A DNA stretch of 64,000 nt from Candidatus Bathyarchaeota archaeon (GCA_963811105.1 CAWEPZ010000011.1:320001-384000); one strand, 5' to 3'; shown: positions 39,497-50,252, numbered from the stretch's first letter. A program made the numbers and translations. Notes: generated by a model from the sequence alone, not told the origin.

Positions 39497-40800
39497 AGGT
39501 ATTTGTTCAGGTTTACTTTTGTGTATTGTTCTTTCTTGAAGCCCTTTCCCGTGGTGACAAGTGGGGCAGTTGCGTCTATGCCTGCTTTGGCAGTTGTGGC
39601 TTTTTTGCCTTCTGTTAAGTCGCCTGATGGGTCAAGTGAGGAGCCGGGTTGGTTAGAAAGGATTACGGTGTTTTTGTCTGCCTGAAATCGTGTGGCGATT
39701 GCCCATTCTACGTCATGGGGGTCATAAATGTTAATGTCTTCATCAACTACGACGCAGTGTTTTAGCGATTTGTGTCCTTCAAACGCAGCGGCTATGGCTT
39801 TTTTTCCGTCATTCGCGTTTTTCTTCTTAATCTGTACAACAGCGTGGAGCCAGCTGCACCCGCCGGGTGTGATGTAAACATCTTTGCATTGGCATACTTT
39901 GTTGACTTCGCTGTAGATAGTGGGTTCTTTTGGCATGCCCATAAGGAACTTATGCTCGTTCTTACCTGCAAGGATAGTTTGGTAGATCGGGTTTTTGCGG
40001 TGGGTTATGCATTTAATTTCCACAACGGGTTGTTGACGTTCGCGGTCAACTATGCCTGTTAAGTCGAGGAAGGGCCCTTCCTTAGCTTTCTCTTTGGTGA
40101 TGCGACCTTCCAAGACGAATTCACAGCCAGCGGGAACTTCAAGGTCGATAGTTTTGCATTTGACAAGCTCAGTTTTTTCTAAAGCGTTAGCCATTTCAAG
40201 TTCGTCTACGCCCATAGGCAAAGTCGTAGCCGCCGATAGTAAAACAGCAGTGGAGTTGCCGATACAGAAAGCAATGTCTAGTTCCCCACCCGCTTTCTTT
40301 AGAGCGCTGTCTGTGCCTCTGTTCTCAACAATTCGCGCTACAAAATGGTTTTTATCTTTAAGCATCAATCGGTGGAAACACATGTTCCTACCCAACTCCG
40401 GGTCTTTGACAATGGCAACCGCGGAGGCGATATATTTCCCTCCATCCTTTTCGGTGTAGTGCATTATTGGGAGTTTTGATAGGTCCACGTTTGTTTCAGT
40501 TACATCTTGGCAAACTCCTTTTTGTACGATTATTGTAGGCGCAGGTTGTTTGATAGCGGATAACATTTTGGGTAAAAGTTGGTCTTTGGTAGTTCCAAGC
40601 GACTGTGCAATCAAATCTTTTGAGGACATGAGCCCAGCCACGACTGTGTATATTGATTCCTTTACATTTTCAAAATAGATTGGTTTCTCGCCTAGAGCAT
40701 TTATGATTCCAGCCATCTCGTATTCAGTCGAAACTGGCGTGGTTATTTTGGTTAATTCACCTTTTTTGTCTAGAGTTTCAATGAAGCTTCTGAGCCCCAT
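39493..40800 (-). CDS. UbiD-family decarboxylase, probable anhydromevalonate phosphate decarboxylase
   Basis: EGPF, VVVDEDI, VEWAIATR, SSLDPS, KAGIDAT; cluster context. Confidence 0.88.
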   Translation of the reverse strand: MGLRSFIETLDKKGELTKITTPVSTEYEMAGIINALGEKPIYFENVKESIYTVVAGLMSSKDLIAQSLGTTKDQLLPKMLSAIKQPAPTIIVQKGVCQDVTETNVDLSKLPIMHYTEKDGGKYIASAVAIVKDPELGRNMCFHRLMLKDKNHFVARIVENRGTDSALKKAGGELDIAFCIGNSTAVLLSAATTLPMGVDELEMANALEKTELVKCKTIDLEVPAGCEFVLEGRITKEKAKEGPFLDLTGIVDRERQQPVVEIKCITHRKNPIYQTILAGKNEHKFLMGMPKEPTIYSEVNKVCQCKDVYITPGGCSWLHAVVQIKKKNANDGKKAIAAAFEGHKSLKHCVVVDEDINIYDPHDVEWAIATRFQADKNTVILSNQPGSSLDPSGDLTEGKKATTAKAGIDATAPLVTTGKGFKKEQYTKVNLNKYL

Positions 40801-40810
40801 ATGTAACACC

Positions 40811-41752
40811 TTAATATTTTTCAACGCCGATTTTGGTGCTTAAAACCTCAAAGCCTAAGCTTTTAATTGCGCTTAGAACTTGGCCTTGCAAACCCTTTCC
40901 AGGAGTCAGCGCTATTATGCATCCGCCCCCGCCTCCACCTGTAAGCTTTGCGCCGAAAGCACCTTGCTTGCGTGCTAAGTCAACGAGAAAGTCAAGTTCT
41001 TTATTTGATACGCCGATTTCTTGGAGCAGACGGTGATTTTCATTCATGAGATCGCCGATTTTCTTCAGGTCATAGTTTTCCAATGCCTTGCGTCCGGCAA
41101 TTGCTACGCTTTCAGCTTGTTTGAAGAATGAGTTGTATTTCTCCGGGTTTTTCTTTTTGCGGTCAGACACGCCTTCCACCATCGCTTTGGTATTGGCCAC
41201 TTTGCCTGAACTACCAATGACAATTTCGACGGGCCTACGCATATGCAGCTTCTCAATCTTATCTGGGCCACCAGCCATTTCTTTTTTAAACCACATTAAA
41301 CCGCCGTAGGTTGCAGCGGTGTTATCGATTCCAGATGGATTGCCAGCATATGCCTTCTCAGCTTCATAAGCGATTTGATTGATCTTTTCATCAGAAATTT
41401 GCATGCCGAGTTCTTGCGCCATGGCTCTAGCGATAGCGACACTGCTCGCCGCAGAAGCGCCAAGCCCACTGAAGCCAGGTAGAGTGCCACCAATCCATAT
41501 ATCTAAACCGATTTTTGGGTCAATGCCCATTGCTTTTAGCATTCTCTCTATCGATTCAATTTGCTGTAAACGTTTTTCTTCGCTGTAGCCTTTTGCGGTT
41601 TTTCGTTCATCTTTAACGTTAATTCCCTTCGCTGCCTTTTTTACTTCCGCATCGGTTGTGGAATCGATGGCCGAAACAATGCCTGGCACACCATGGACAA
41701 CGAAGTGTTCACCAAATAAAATTACCTTTCCGTAACCTGTTCCTTTCCCCAT
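40811..41752 (-). CDS. mvk: Mevalonate kinase
   Basis: KVILFGEHFVV, GLGASAA, PSGIDN, KLTGGGGGG. Confidence 0.94.
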   Translation of the reverse strand: MGKGTGYGKVILFGEHFVVHGVPGIVSAIDSTTDAEVKKAAKGINVKDERKTAKGYSEEKRLQQIESIERMLKAMGIDPKIGLDIWIGGTLPGFSGLGASAASSVAIARAMAQELGMQISDEKINQIAYEAEKAYAGNPSGIDNTAATYGGLMWFKKEMAGGPDKIEKLHMRRPVEIVIGSSGKVANTKAMVEGVSDRKKKNPEKYNSFFKQAESVAIAGRKALENYDLKKIGDLMNENHRLLQEIGVSNKELDFLVDLARKQGAFGAKLTGGGGGGCIIALTPGKGLQGQVLSAIKSLGFEVLSTKIGVEKY

Positions 41753-41849
41753 TAATGTACACCTTGAAAGGAAGCTATGATATTAATTATATTAAAAACA
41801 TTCGATTGCCTGTGTAGTATAGTTAAGAGTTTAGATTTTGGTTTATCGG

Positions 41850-41990
41850 GAAAAGAAGAGTTAGGTGGTCAAGCCATACGCTAACAACGATAGGACATAG
41901 AACGATGGTGGGCAAAGATGCCTTATCGCCGTTAGCAGCCAGACCATCCAACTGCTTAGACACCCTAATTGCGTACTTTCCTCATTAATT
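41850..41990 (-). ncRNA. Candidate structured RNA between the MEMO1 gene and mvk
   Basis: Long imperfect hairpin GCTAACGGCGATA/TATCGTTGTTAGC with outer TGGTC/GACCA; G-U pairs favour the minus strand; TATA-like box upstream and pyrimidine tract downstream. Confidence 0.4.
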
Positions 41991-42142
41991 AGGTTACCAA
42001 TTTAAAACATATAAAATATTGTTGTTACAACTTGATACCTACAACCACTAAGTTAAACCCTACCGCTACTAACTAACTACTCTTGAAAAAGCTACTTCTA
42101 ATAAAGAATAAAATTTCTTCAATTATAAAAGACTTGTAGAGG

Positions 42143-42994
42143 CTATTTTTTGAAACTTACCGCTGCATACCCCACAACACTCGAATGATCGCCTGTTATA
42201 TCTCCACTGTTATGGTAATTCAGCAATGATGCTTTTGCGCACAGGCCGTTTGCATAAGTGACTACAGCTGTTATAGGAGCGTAACCGCAAGCAGTGATAT
42301 TTTGGGTTTCAACGGTTTCGTAGAAGCGTTTTGCATCCATTTCTGTTACCGCCTGAAGCGCTGCGCGATCTTTTTCTGCTGCTTTCTTTGCCGGCTCATA
42401 GTGTGTCATGTCCGATGAAGCGATAACTACCGAGTTTGTACCATCTAAGACTTCTTCAAGTGCTCGACCAACCTCAACTGCGCTTTCGTAATCTTGCATT
42501 AGGAAACAAATTGGTACAATCTTAAACGAATCCCCATAAAGAAATTGCAAAAAGGGCAGTTGAACCTCCAGCGAATGCTCAAAGCGGTGCGCAAGCTCAT
42601 CTGCCTCAACAACGCTTGTTTCATGCAATATCTCATTTGCCATTTTCGAATCGATTTCGACTTGTCCAAGAGGTGTTCGCCAAACGCCCTCATTCATCAA
42701 GCTCAAAGCGCTACCGAAACCAGTATGGTTTGGACCTAAAAGCACAACTGTATCTGGTTTGCCATCAATAGCTAATTCGTAAAAAGCAGATGCTGCAATA
42801 GGACCTGAATAAATGTATCCAGCATGTGGACAAATCAAGCCAACTATGTTTCTGGGGTGACTACGCATGTTTACAGCGGGAAGTTTTTGCGGACCGATTT
42901 TGTGGAGAAAACAACTTCTAATTTGTGCTCTAAGCGCTTCGGCGTCGCCCTCGTAAAATTGAGAAGCAACAATTGGACGCCGAATCGTCGGCAA
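42143..42994 (-). CDS. MEMO1-family (AmmeMemoRadiSam B) protein
   Basis: PHAGYIYSG, GPNH, EHSLEVQLPFLQ, SSDMTHY, CG, VVGY. Confidence 0.93.
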   Translation of the reverse strand: MPTIRRPIVASQFYEGDAEALRAQIRSCFLHKIGPQKLPAVNMRSHPRNIVGLICPHAGYIYSGPIAASAFYELAIDGKPDTVVLLGPNHTGFGSALSLMNEGVWRTPLGQVEIDSKMANEILHETSVVEADELAHRFEHSLEVQLPFLQFLYGDSFKIVPICFLMQDYESAVEVGRALEEVLDGTNSVVIASSDMTHYEPAKKAAEKDRAALQAVTEMDAKRFYETVETQNITACGYAPITAVVTYANGLCAKASLLNYHNSGDITGDHSSVVGYAAVSFKK

Positions 42995-42998
42995 TGGG

Positions 42999-43757
42999 TT
43001 AGGGTTCCTCCTCCTCTTCCCGCGTAACTTTTGCTTCAAAGTCATCTATGGTTGCTGGGGGATCACGGTCTGGACCCAATTCGCCTCTTTCACGGAGTAC
43101 TTGTCTTGCAAGTAGCCAGAATATAACTGCTAAGGCTCGTCTGCCCTTGTTGTTTGTTGGAATAACTAAATCTACTCCTGCGAACTCGTTGTCGGTGCTG
43201 CATAGTGCGACGATGGGTATGCCGACTTTTGAGGCCTCTTTGACAGCTTGCGCATCTGCTCTTGGGTCGCTGACTAATATGATTTCTGGATCGATTCTGC
43301 CTGGATACTGAGGATTGCTTAGTTGTCCAGGAATGAAGCGTCCAATGAGTGGCGTTGCACCTGTCAGTTGGCAGAATTTTTTGATTGGTTCCTGAGCGTA
43401 AAGTCTTGTTGCTGCCACTGCTACTTTCGAGTGTTCGTAGCGCGATAGGAATTTTGCTGTAACTCTAATTCTGTCATCTGTTTTCTTAACGTCAAGTACG
43501 AATAACCCGTCTGGGCGGACCCGGTAGATGAAAGGTTCCATGTCTAAGGTTTTCATTCGGGTTCCTATGTGAATGCCTGCAGAGAGCAGAGTGTCTCTCG
43601 GTAAGAGGAGTTCTTCGGAAGGTTGGGTTTCCTGCGGCTTTTCTTGTGCTTCTGGCGCCCCAAGTTGTTCTTGGATTGCTTCCTCTTCCATCGGTTCCTC
43701 TTGGTTTTCCCCTTCCTTTTCTACGGATTGATTTTCTTTAGTTTCGTCTTCAGACAT
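42999..43757 (-). CDS. rps2: 30S ribosomal protein S2
   Basis: AGIHIGT, GRFIPG, DLVIPTNNKG; acidic N-terminal extension. Confidence 0.96.
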   Translation of the reverse strand: MSEDETKENQSVEKEGENQEEPMEEEAIQEQLGAPEAQEKPQETQPSEELLLPRDTLLSAGIHIGTRMKTLDMEPFIYRVRPDGLFVLDVKKTDDRIRVTAKFLSRYEHSKVAVAATRLYAQEPIKKFCQLTGATPLIGRFIPGQLSNPQYPGRIDPEIILVSDPRADAQAVKEASKVGIPIVALCSTDNEFAGVDLVIPTNNKGRRALAVIFWLLARQVLRERGELGPDRDPPATIDDFEAKVTREEEEEP

Positions 43758-43773
43758 TTTTTCACTTTCTCTG

Positions 43774-45027
43774 TTAGCGAATTTTTAATTCGGCCATTTT
43801 GGCTCTATTGCCAAGGAAATGCTCAATTCTTATAAGCTCGTTTAGTTTGGCTATGCGGGCGCCTTCAACTATGCCTGTTTTGATTAGAGGGCACTTATAG
43901 GCTACAGCCAAATGAGCTATGTGCCAATCGCAGGTGTCTCCTGACCGATGTGACACGACAGGATCGTACCCGTGTCTTTGTGCAGTTTCAATCGTTTGAG
44001 CTGCATCAGACAGGGTGCCTATCTGGTTGACTTTTATGATTATTGCGTTTCCAGCGTTAATCTTTATCCCATTATTTAACCTTTCAGTACTAGTTGTAAA
44101 CAAATCATCGCCGCAAATTAAGCAGTTTTTAGATTTACGAGTTAACTCTGCGAAGCTTTCATAATCCTCTTCATTGAAAGGGTCTTCCACGTAAGCAAGA
44201 TGATACTTCTCTATAAGTTCAAGCATGAATTCAAGCTGCTCAGCCGTATCACGTTTTTTACCTTCATTCTCATAAACGTATTTTTCATCTTTAGGTTTCC
44301 ACAACGAAGAAGCAGCTACATCAATGCCAAAACCGCATTCAAAATCTAACTCGTTCCCGACCTCTTCACAAGCTTTGGCAATAACCTCAAAGGCGTCAAC
44401 AGTGCTTATGTTAGCTATCCATGCACCTTCGTCACTTTTACCACCGTTAAATGTGCTGCTTTTCTTTTTTAAAGAATCACCGATTCTTTTGTGAATCTGA
44501 GTGTTAGCAGTTTGAGCTTCAAGAAAAGTTTCGGCACCATGCGGCAATGCCAAGTACTCTTGAATATCTGGGGATTTGCCTCTTGCATGTTGCCCGCCGC
44601 TTATGCAGTTGCCGAGTGGATAAGGCATCGTTGTTGCTGCGTTTCCGCCAAGAAACTGGAATAGAAGTAGGCTATGCGAGTTGGCGGCTGCTTCAGCGTT
44701 GGCTAAAGATATGGCAAAAGCAGTGTTTCCGCCTATATTTTTGAAGTCCGTTGAGCCATCGAGTTCGTGGAGTGTGTTGTCGATTTCTTCTTGGTAGTCA
44801 GCATTCAAACCTGCAAGCTCTGGAGCAATTAAGTCATCAACTTTTTTAATGGCTGCTTCAACTCCGCCTTGCGGGTAATAAACCACCTCAGCTTTTCCGC
44901 GGCTTTTTCCAGCGGGAGCAGCCGCTCTTCCGAATCCACTACTAGTGACTACGTCGACCTCTATAGTTTCTTCTCCACGGTTATTGAAAATTTTCCTAGC
45001 GATGAGGTCTTCGATGATGGATGACAC
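43774..45027 (-). CDS. eno: Enolase
   Basis: QE, DEG, DVAAS, EDP, GDDL, KVNQIGT, SHRSG, KTG. Confidence 0.93.
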   Translation of the reverse strand: MSSIIEDLIARKIFNNRGEETIEVDVVTSSGFGRAAAPAGKSRGKAEVVYYPQGGVEAAIKKVDDLIAPELAGLNADYQEEIDNTLHELDGSTDFKNIGGNTAFAISLANAEAAANSHSLLLFQFLGGNAATTMPYPLGNCISGGQHARGKSPDIQEYLALPHGAETFLEAQTANTQIHKRIGDSLKKKSSTFNGGKSDEGAWIANISTVDAFEVIAKACEEVGNELDFECGFGIDVAASSLWKPKDEKYVYENEGKKRDTAEQLEFMLELIEKYHLAYVEDPFNEEDYESFAELTRKSKNCLICGDDLFTTSTERLNNGIKINAGNAIIIKVNQIGTLSDAAQTIETAQRHGYDPVVSHRSGDTCDWHIAHLAVAYKCPLIKTGIVEGARIAKLNELIRIEHFLGNRAKMAELKIR

Positions 45028-45219
45028 GGGTTTAAACCTCAAATGGCTATAATTTTGTTGCCAGCTTATTTTAGGTTTCGGAAAAGCTATTGTATGTGCA
45101 AAAAAGCAACCGCTTGTCGGCTAATCGCCAAGACTGTATTTATTTATTGCCTTTTTTGGGCTGTTTTAGAAGCTATCTTTAGTTTTAGGCAGATCAAGCA
45201 TAGCAAAGCCATCTGAAAG

Positions 45220-45987
45220 CTAAAAATCCCTTAGAAGTTCCTCAAAAAGAGCCTTGCTTGCTGCAATTTCCTCCATTGATGTACCATGCGCCAACTCTAA
45301 TGTAATTGGGCCAGCATAACCATAGTCGTGTAGTTGTGCAATGAACGTTAATAGTTCGGGTTTGGGTTGTGTGAAGGATTTGTGTGCTTTATTTGCCATG
45401 TGAACGTTGCACACTCGTTTGCCATATTTGTCTATAAGGTTATCTGTTTGCTTAGTTTCTAGAGCGTGGCAAAAATCAATTGTTATCCCAATTCCGCCAT
45501 CATCTATAACATCTAGAACTTCTTCAAGCTGTTCCACATTTTTGCCAAATCCAGTCGAAGTATACGACAAATTTTCCAAAGCCAACTTGATACCCAGATG
45601 CTTTGCAAACGGTTTAATTTCTGCGTTAAAAATTTCGTCCAAACATTTATTTCTTAAATTCTTAGGCATCTTCTTAGAGACATTCGAATGCACAATCATA
45701 AGCGGCGCACCAAGAGCACGAGCATATTCAAGCGAAATTTTGCTGTAATAAACAGCCCTATGTACCTCAACAGGATCCTTTACATGTAAACTCGCTGAAT
45801 GAAGGGTCAAGCAATTCAATCCACTAACAGCAATTGCTTTTTGCTCCCGATAAACATCTATATCATGCTCTTTCTTTACCGCCTTCATGTTAAATTCAAC
45901 GTTAAAAAAACCAAGCTGCCTAACCGAGTCAAAATTTTCCTTTATGCCCATTTTACTGAAAATTCCATTGGACAAACTTAACCGCAT
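45220..45987 (-). CDS. Sugar phosphate isomerase/epimerase-like TIM barrel (AP endonuclease 2 family)
   Basis: LALENL, IDFCH, VHM, ITLE metal-ligand pattern. Confidence 0.8.
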   Translation of the reverse strand: MRLSLSNGIFSKMGIKENFDSVRQLGFFNVEFNMKAVKKEHDIDVYREQKAIAVSGLNCLTLHSASLHVKDPVEVHRAVYYSKISLEYARALGAPLMIVHSNVSKKMPKNLRNKCLDEIFNAEIKPFAKHLGIKLALENLSYTSTGFGKNVEQLEEVLDVIDDGGIGITIDFCHALETKQTDNLIDKYGKRVCNVHMANKAHKSFTQPKPELLTFIAQLHDYGYAGPITLELAHGTSMEEIAASKALFEELLRDF

Positions 45988-46507
45988 CTGTCTTGGCCTT
46001 CCTTCAATTATTTACCGTCCAGATATTTATTGGGTTTCCCAAAGTTTTTTGAAGATTATGAAATTTGGGTTGAATTCCGAAAAATATCTATATGACATGA
46101 GAAAGACAACCGTTAGTTCAGGTTGAGGAGAAGCTCTGGATGAAATTTCACGATTCGTCTTGTAGCTTCGTGTCAAACGTGTTTTCTATTCTCATTAAAC
46201 TTCCTTGATTCTCCCGCAACCTTAACAGTTCTAATTTCATCGACCCTGCATCAGATAAGTGGTTATTCACCAAATTAGATTTTAATTTTTTTCTTGCTCA
46301 CGAATTTTATTCACGGGACGTCATTAATTGGGCTGCCAGCTTCATCCATCGGAGGTTTAAACTAATGCTTCTAGAATTTCCTTTTTGGAAGACATAAAGA
46401 ATATGTAGTCACAGTTCTGGATAATGCCTTTATATCCTCCAATTGTTTGCAGTTCTAATGCATAAGGTTAACTTCTACAATCCATAAATAATGAGCCGAG
46501 TGAGAAA

Positions 46508-46801
46508 GTGCAGGTAAAAGTTCGCTTCTTTACTAACCTAAGGGAAATCGTAGATAAAAGAGAAGAAATCCTAAGTTTCGCCAGCGAAGAGAAAGTTACT
46601 GTTGATTTGGTTCTAAAAACGCTCGCGAAAAAATATGGCACTCCATTTAAAGAATATGTTTACACCGGCAACACAGAACTGCCCAAAAGCTTCCTCCAAT
46701 TTCTCATTAACGGAAAAAGCACCTCAGCATTAAACGGGCTACAAACGGAGCTTAAAGACGGCGACGTATTAGCTATTTTGCCGCCAGTAGGTGGCGGTTA
46801 G
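46508..46801 (+). CDS. MoaD/ThiS/SAMP ubiquitin-like protein
   Basis: VRFF..LRE, LKDGD.LAILPPVGGG C-terminus. Confidence 0.92.
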   Translation: MQVKVRFFTNLREIVDKREEILSFASEEKVTVDLVLKTLAKKYGTPFKEYVYTGNTELPKSFLQFLINGKSTSALNGLQTELKDGDVLAILPPVGGG

Positions 46802-46846
46802 TTTTAGGAATTATTTGCCTCAAGGGGAAATGCAAAGGCTAAAGAT

Positions 46847-48634
46847 CTAGGCAGTTCCTGCCCAAAAAGGAATCTTTTTGCGCATAATCGCAACGAACTC
46901 TTTTAATACGTCTTGCTCTTCACCCGTCAAATCATCCAAATGCGCTGTTAACAATGCTTGAGCATCTTTTTCAGGCACCTTCACATATAAAACGTCCCTT
47001 TCAAACACGTGCCTGCCTGCAATTGGCTTATCCATTGAAATTGCTACCTCCATACCAACCTTAGCCTCGGGCACAGCTTTTCCTTTATCTTGTATTTGAT
47101 CAATTTCGCCAAGGTCGCTGCCATCTTCAGCTCGCATAAGTCCGTATTTTGGCTTTAGTCTCCCCGCCAGCACTTCCACGCCAACAACTAATGGTTTTGC
47201 TCTGTGGAAAATGCAGTTGGGCAAAACCGTTAGTTTTCCAGGTTTAACCAAAGCCTCAAACTCTGCTTCGCTTTTTGTTTCTCGCTTGTTCTTAGCCCAC
47301 TGGATGTATGCGTCAATTAAATTATAAATTATAGGCTGATTGAAAATGGGGATGCCGTTGGCCGCTGCTTCGGCTTCAGCGTCAGGTAGTGTTTTGACGC
47401 CAAATGCTAAAATTGCTCCAACCAACGGCTCACGCGTTTTAACGACAGACGCCTCAATCACATCACGCTTACTAATGTCACCGACATCGGCAATGCGCAC
47501 TTGTACATTGTTAGTTTTCAAAATCTCAGCCATTGCTTCAAGCGAACCCAAAGTGTCAGCCTTCACTATGACACCTTCAATCTCCTTTGTAATTCTGATT
47601 CTACCAATCTCTTCAGTGATAAGCTTACAGTATGTTGAAGGATCCTCACCTGTGGGTACACCAAACAGAGGTGCACCGGCCAAGGCACCCTCCAAACCAG
47701 TTGCAACAACTTTAATTCCTGCACTGGCAAAAACGCAATCGACTGAAGTAAATTTGTCCCGCGGGTCCCTCATCTCATCCAATGGCTTTGGAACTAGAAT
47801 CGCCCGTACACGAGCTGAAATTGGTCCATCTCGCCCTCCGACGACAATTAAATCATCCTTATGCAACGTACCATCATAAATAATCGCATTCAGCGTTAAA
47901 CCTAAACCAGGTTCATCTTTAACCTCCAATACTGAACCTTTAGCGGCACCGTCTGTCGTCTGCAGACGTTTTGTAAGAAACTGCTGAGTTAAACCTACTA
48001 AAACCATGACAAGCTCCGACAATCCCTCGCCAGTTTTGGCACTAGTCGGTACCAAAGCCACATTAACTGTGAAATCTCGGATGTGGTCAAAACGGTCAGT
48101 TTTGAAACCTGAAAGTGAAAACTGCCCCATAATTGAATACAGACGATTATCGAAGTCTTCCCGCACGAAACTTGATTGGGAAGTATAAGATTGTAAAAAC
48201 GGCGTTCCCTGTTGGGCCTTCCAACCTGGAACCCTGTCAATCTTGTTAACCGCAACTAAAAAAGGAGTTTTCCGTGCTTTTAGAATCTCTATGCATTCGT
48301 AAGTTTGAGCTTCAAAACCTTTCAAAAGATCTACAACAAGAATCGCAATGTCCGCAACGCTTCCGCCTCTGCGTCTAAGATTTGTAAAGGCTTCATGCCC
48401 AGGTGTGTCTACAACTAGCAATCCAGGGATTTCTATGCCTGTTTTAAAACTGGATAAGTAAGGTCCGATGAGTTGCTTGAGCGTTTCCACAGGGAAAAAG
48501 CTTGCCCCAATATGCTGAGTCATTCCTCCTGCTTCACGTGCTTGTACGCTAGTTTTTCTTAATTCGTCAAGAAGTGAGGTTTTTCCTGCATCTACGTGTC
48601 CTAATACGCATACTATTGGTTGGCGAGTGGGCAA
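46847..48634 (-). CDS. infB: Translation initiation factor aIF5B (IF-2)
   Basis: GHVDAGKT, TQHIGA, DTPGH, NKID, KADTLGSLEA. Confidence 0.97.
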   Translation of the reverse strand: MPTRQPIVCVLGHVDAGKTSLLDELRKTSVQAREAGGMTQHIGASFFPVETLKQLIGPYLSSFKTGIEIPGLLVVDTPGHEAFTNLRRRGGSVADIAILVVDLLKGFEAQTYECIEILKARKTPFLVAVNKIDRVPGWKAQQGTPFLQSYTSQSSFVREDFDNRLYSIMGQFSLSGFKTDRFDHIRDFTVNVALVPTSAKTGEGLSELVMVLVGLTQQFLTKRLQTTDGAAKGSVLEVKDEPGLGLTLNAIIYDGTLHKDDLIVVGGRDGPISARVRAILVPKPLDEMRDPRDKFTSVDCVFASAGIKVVATGLEGALAGAPLFGVPTGEDPSTYCKLITEEIGRIRITKEIEGVIVKADTLGSLEAMAEILKTNNVQVRIADVGDISKRDVIEASVVKTREPLVGAILAFGVKTLPDAEAEAAANGIPIFNQPIIYNLIDAYIQWAKNKRETKSEAEFEALVKPGKLTVLPNCIFHRAKPLVVGVEVLAGRLKPKYGLMRAEDGSDLGEIDQIQDKGKAVPEAKVGMEVAISMDKPIAGRHVFERDVLYVKVPEKDAQALLTAHLDDLTGEEQDVLKEFVAIMRKKIPFWAGTA

Positions 48635-48783
48635 ATGTGATTCTCTCGATAAGTTCTCTATGTGTCTAATAGCTTTTTACTTTATAAATGCACGTGGAAG
48701 GTTTTCCAAACTTTGCCTTATCAGGAAGCCAAACAAAGAGTTGACATTGAATTGCAGAAAACTTGAAAGAAAAGAGGTAAAGC

Positions 48784-48984
48784 CTATTCAGGCGCCCTGA
48801 CAAGAAGCAAGAACAAGCCAATGATAATCAATATTACGCTTACAATACCGAAGAATAAACTAAATCCGCCAAGCCCGCTACTTGTTGCTGTGAAATAAAG
48901 CATTACTGCACCAATGACAATCAGTACTAAGCCGACGAATTTTTCGGCAAGCGATACCCAGAATGTGTCGCCTTCTTCACTCAT
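48784..48984 (-). CDS. Small two-TM membrane protein
   Basis: Two hydrophobic helices. Confidence 0.7.
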   Translation of the reverse strand: MSEEGDTFWVSLAEKFVGLVLIVIGAVMLYFTATSSGLGGFSLFFGIVSVILIIIGLFLLLVRAPE

Positions 48985-49166
48985 TGATTTCGCCCTGTCT
49001 CTCCGTTCTTTTTGCTACCAATAAACATAACGACTTATTTTAAATTATTTGTTCTCTAAGTATTTCTTCGGCTATTTTAGTTAAAGAAGACAGGTTGTGG
49101 GTACCTAAATGAAATTTGTAATATTAACAGGCAACTGCTGCAGTTACTTCTCCAATGATGAAGGTT

Positions 49167-50252
49167 TTAGCTCTTCAGTTTCGTAGGCAAATATTCGTCT
49201 ACAATGTAGGTTAACCCATACCGGGAAAAAGCCTCTTGTTCAGCCTTTCTTTTTATCTTCAAAAACAGTTTTATTTCTTTTTGCCAGATGGGGTCGTTCT
49301 GGTAGCGAGGGTCTTTCTGCAATTCGTATAAGCGCTTTATATCCACTTCGTCTAATGGGTCAGTTGGCAATTTATACTCTATTATGTCGCTTGCCCAGAC
49401 TCCACTCCAGACCGCATCAGGTGTATTGAGGTCTCGCAGGTGTGCTGCGTTTGCTGAGCCGGAAATTATGACTTGCGCAATGTGCATTCCCCACGGATCA
49501 CCATCAGTTAAAATGTAAACTGGTAGATTTAGTTCGTCATGGAGGCGGCGGATGAAACTACGGGTTTGTCTCGGTGCTTGCCCACCGCACGAAATCAGAA
49601 GCGACTTGTGTTTGTTATGAACGTTCTCTTCAATAAATCTGGTAAACAAGGCGCCTTTCTCGATGGCGATGACTTTGTTTGCGTTTGTTGTAATGAATTC
49701 GGCTGAAGTCAACGCTGGACCAATCAATACACCGTCGGGGTGGCTGGTCAGATTCAGTGTTTTGCCTTCGTAACCAGGAACGGTGTAGCCGATAGTTAAG
49801 TCGCCAAAGATTGCGCTTCGTTCTTCTGGAAAAATGTGGAAGTCTTCTCGCGCAAAGCCTGTCAGTGTTTCCAAGTCAGTGATTATGTTGTTAGATTCCT
49901 GCTGGTCTGTAAAAGTCATCTCGTAAGCTTGTGCCGAATAGTAGACATCTCTTAATGTGCTGGTTTTGCGCTGGCTTGTAAGTTCGTTACTGAACATGGC
50001 TGCCCAAGCCAGTTGTGTGAACGGTTTGATGTGACGGATGTTTCGGGCGCTTCGACTGACGTTTTTTTCCCCTAAAATATACTGGCGAAGAGTTGGATCG
50101 TAGTTGATGTTGTCTGTGCTGCGACTTGGCATGTTAATGGTTGGGAAAAGACCCTGGTCTAATTGATTATAAATTTGAGTGCCAAAAGAATGAAGCCCTT
50201 TTATGACTTCATTTTGTTTCTCTAATATCTTAGCTTTCTTCTTCTCCGCCAT
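49167..50252 (-). CDS. top6A: DNA topoisomerase VI subunit A
   Basis: RDVYY catalytic Tyr, IEK, DGDPWG, KAEQEA. Confidence 0.96.
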   Translation of the reverse strand: MAEKKKAKILEKQNEVIKGLHSFGTQIYNQLDQGLFPTINMPSRSTDNINYDPTLRQYILGEKNVSRSARNIRHIKPFTQLAWAAMFSNELTSQRKTSTLRDVYYSAQAYEMTFTDQQESNNIITDLETLTGFAREDFHIFPEERSAIFGDLTIGYTVPGYEGKTLNLTSHPDGVLIGPALTSAEFITTNANKVIAIEKGALFTRFIEENVHNKHKSLLISCGGQAPRQTRSFIRRLHDELNLPVYILTDGDPWGMHIAQVIISGSANAAHLRDLNTPDAVWSGVWASDIIEYKLPTDPLDEVDIKRLYELQKDPRYQNDPIWQKEIKLFLKIKRKAEQEAFSRYGLTYIVDEYLPTKLKS

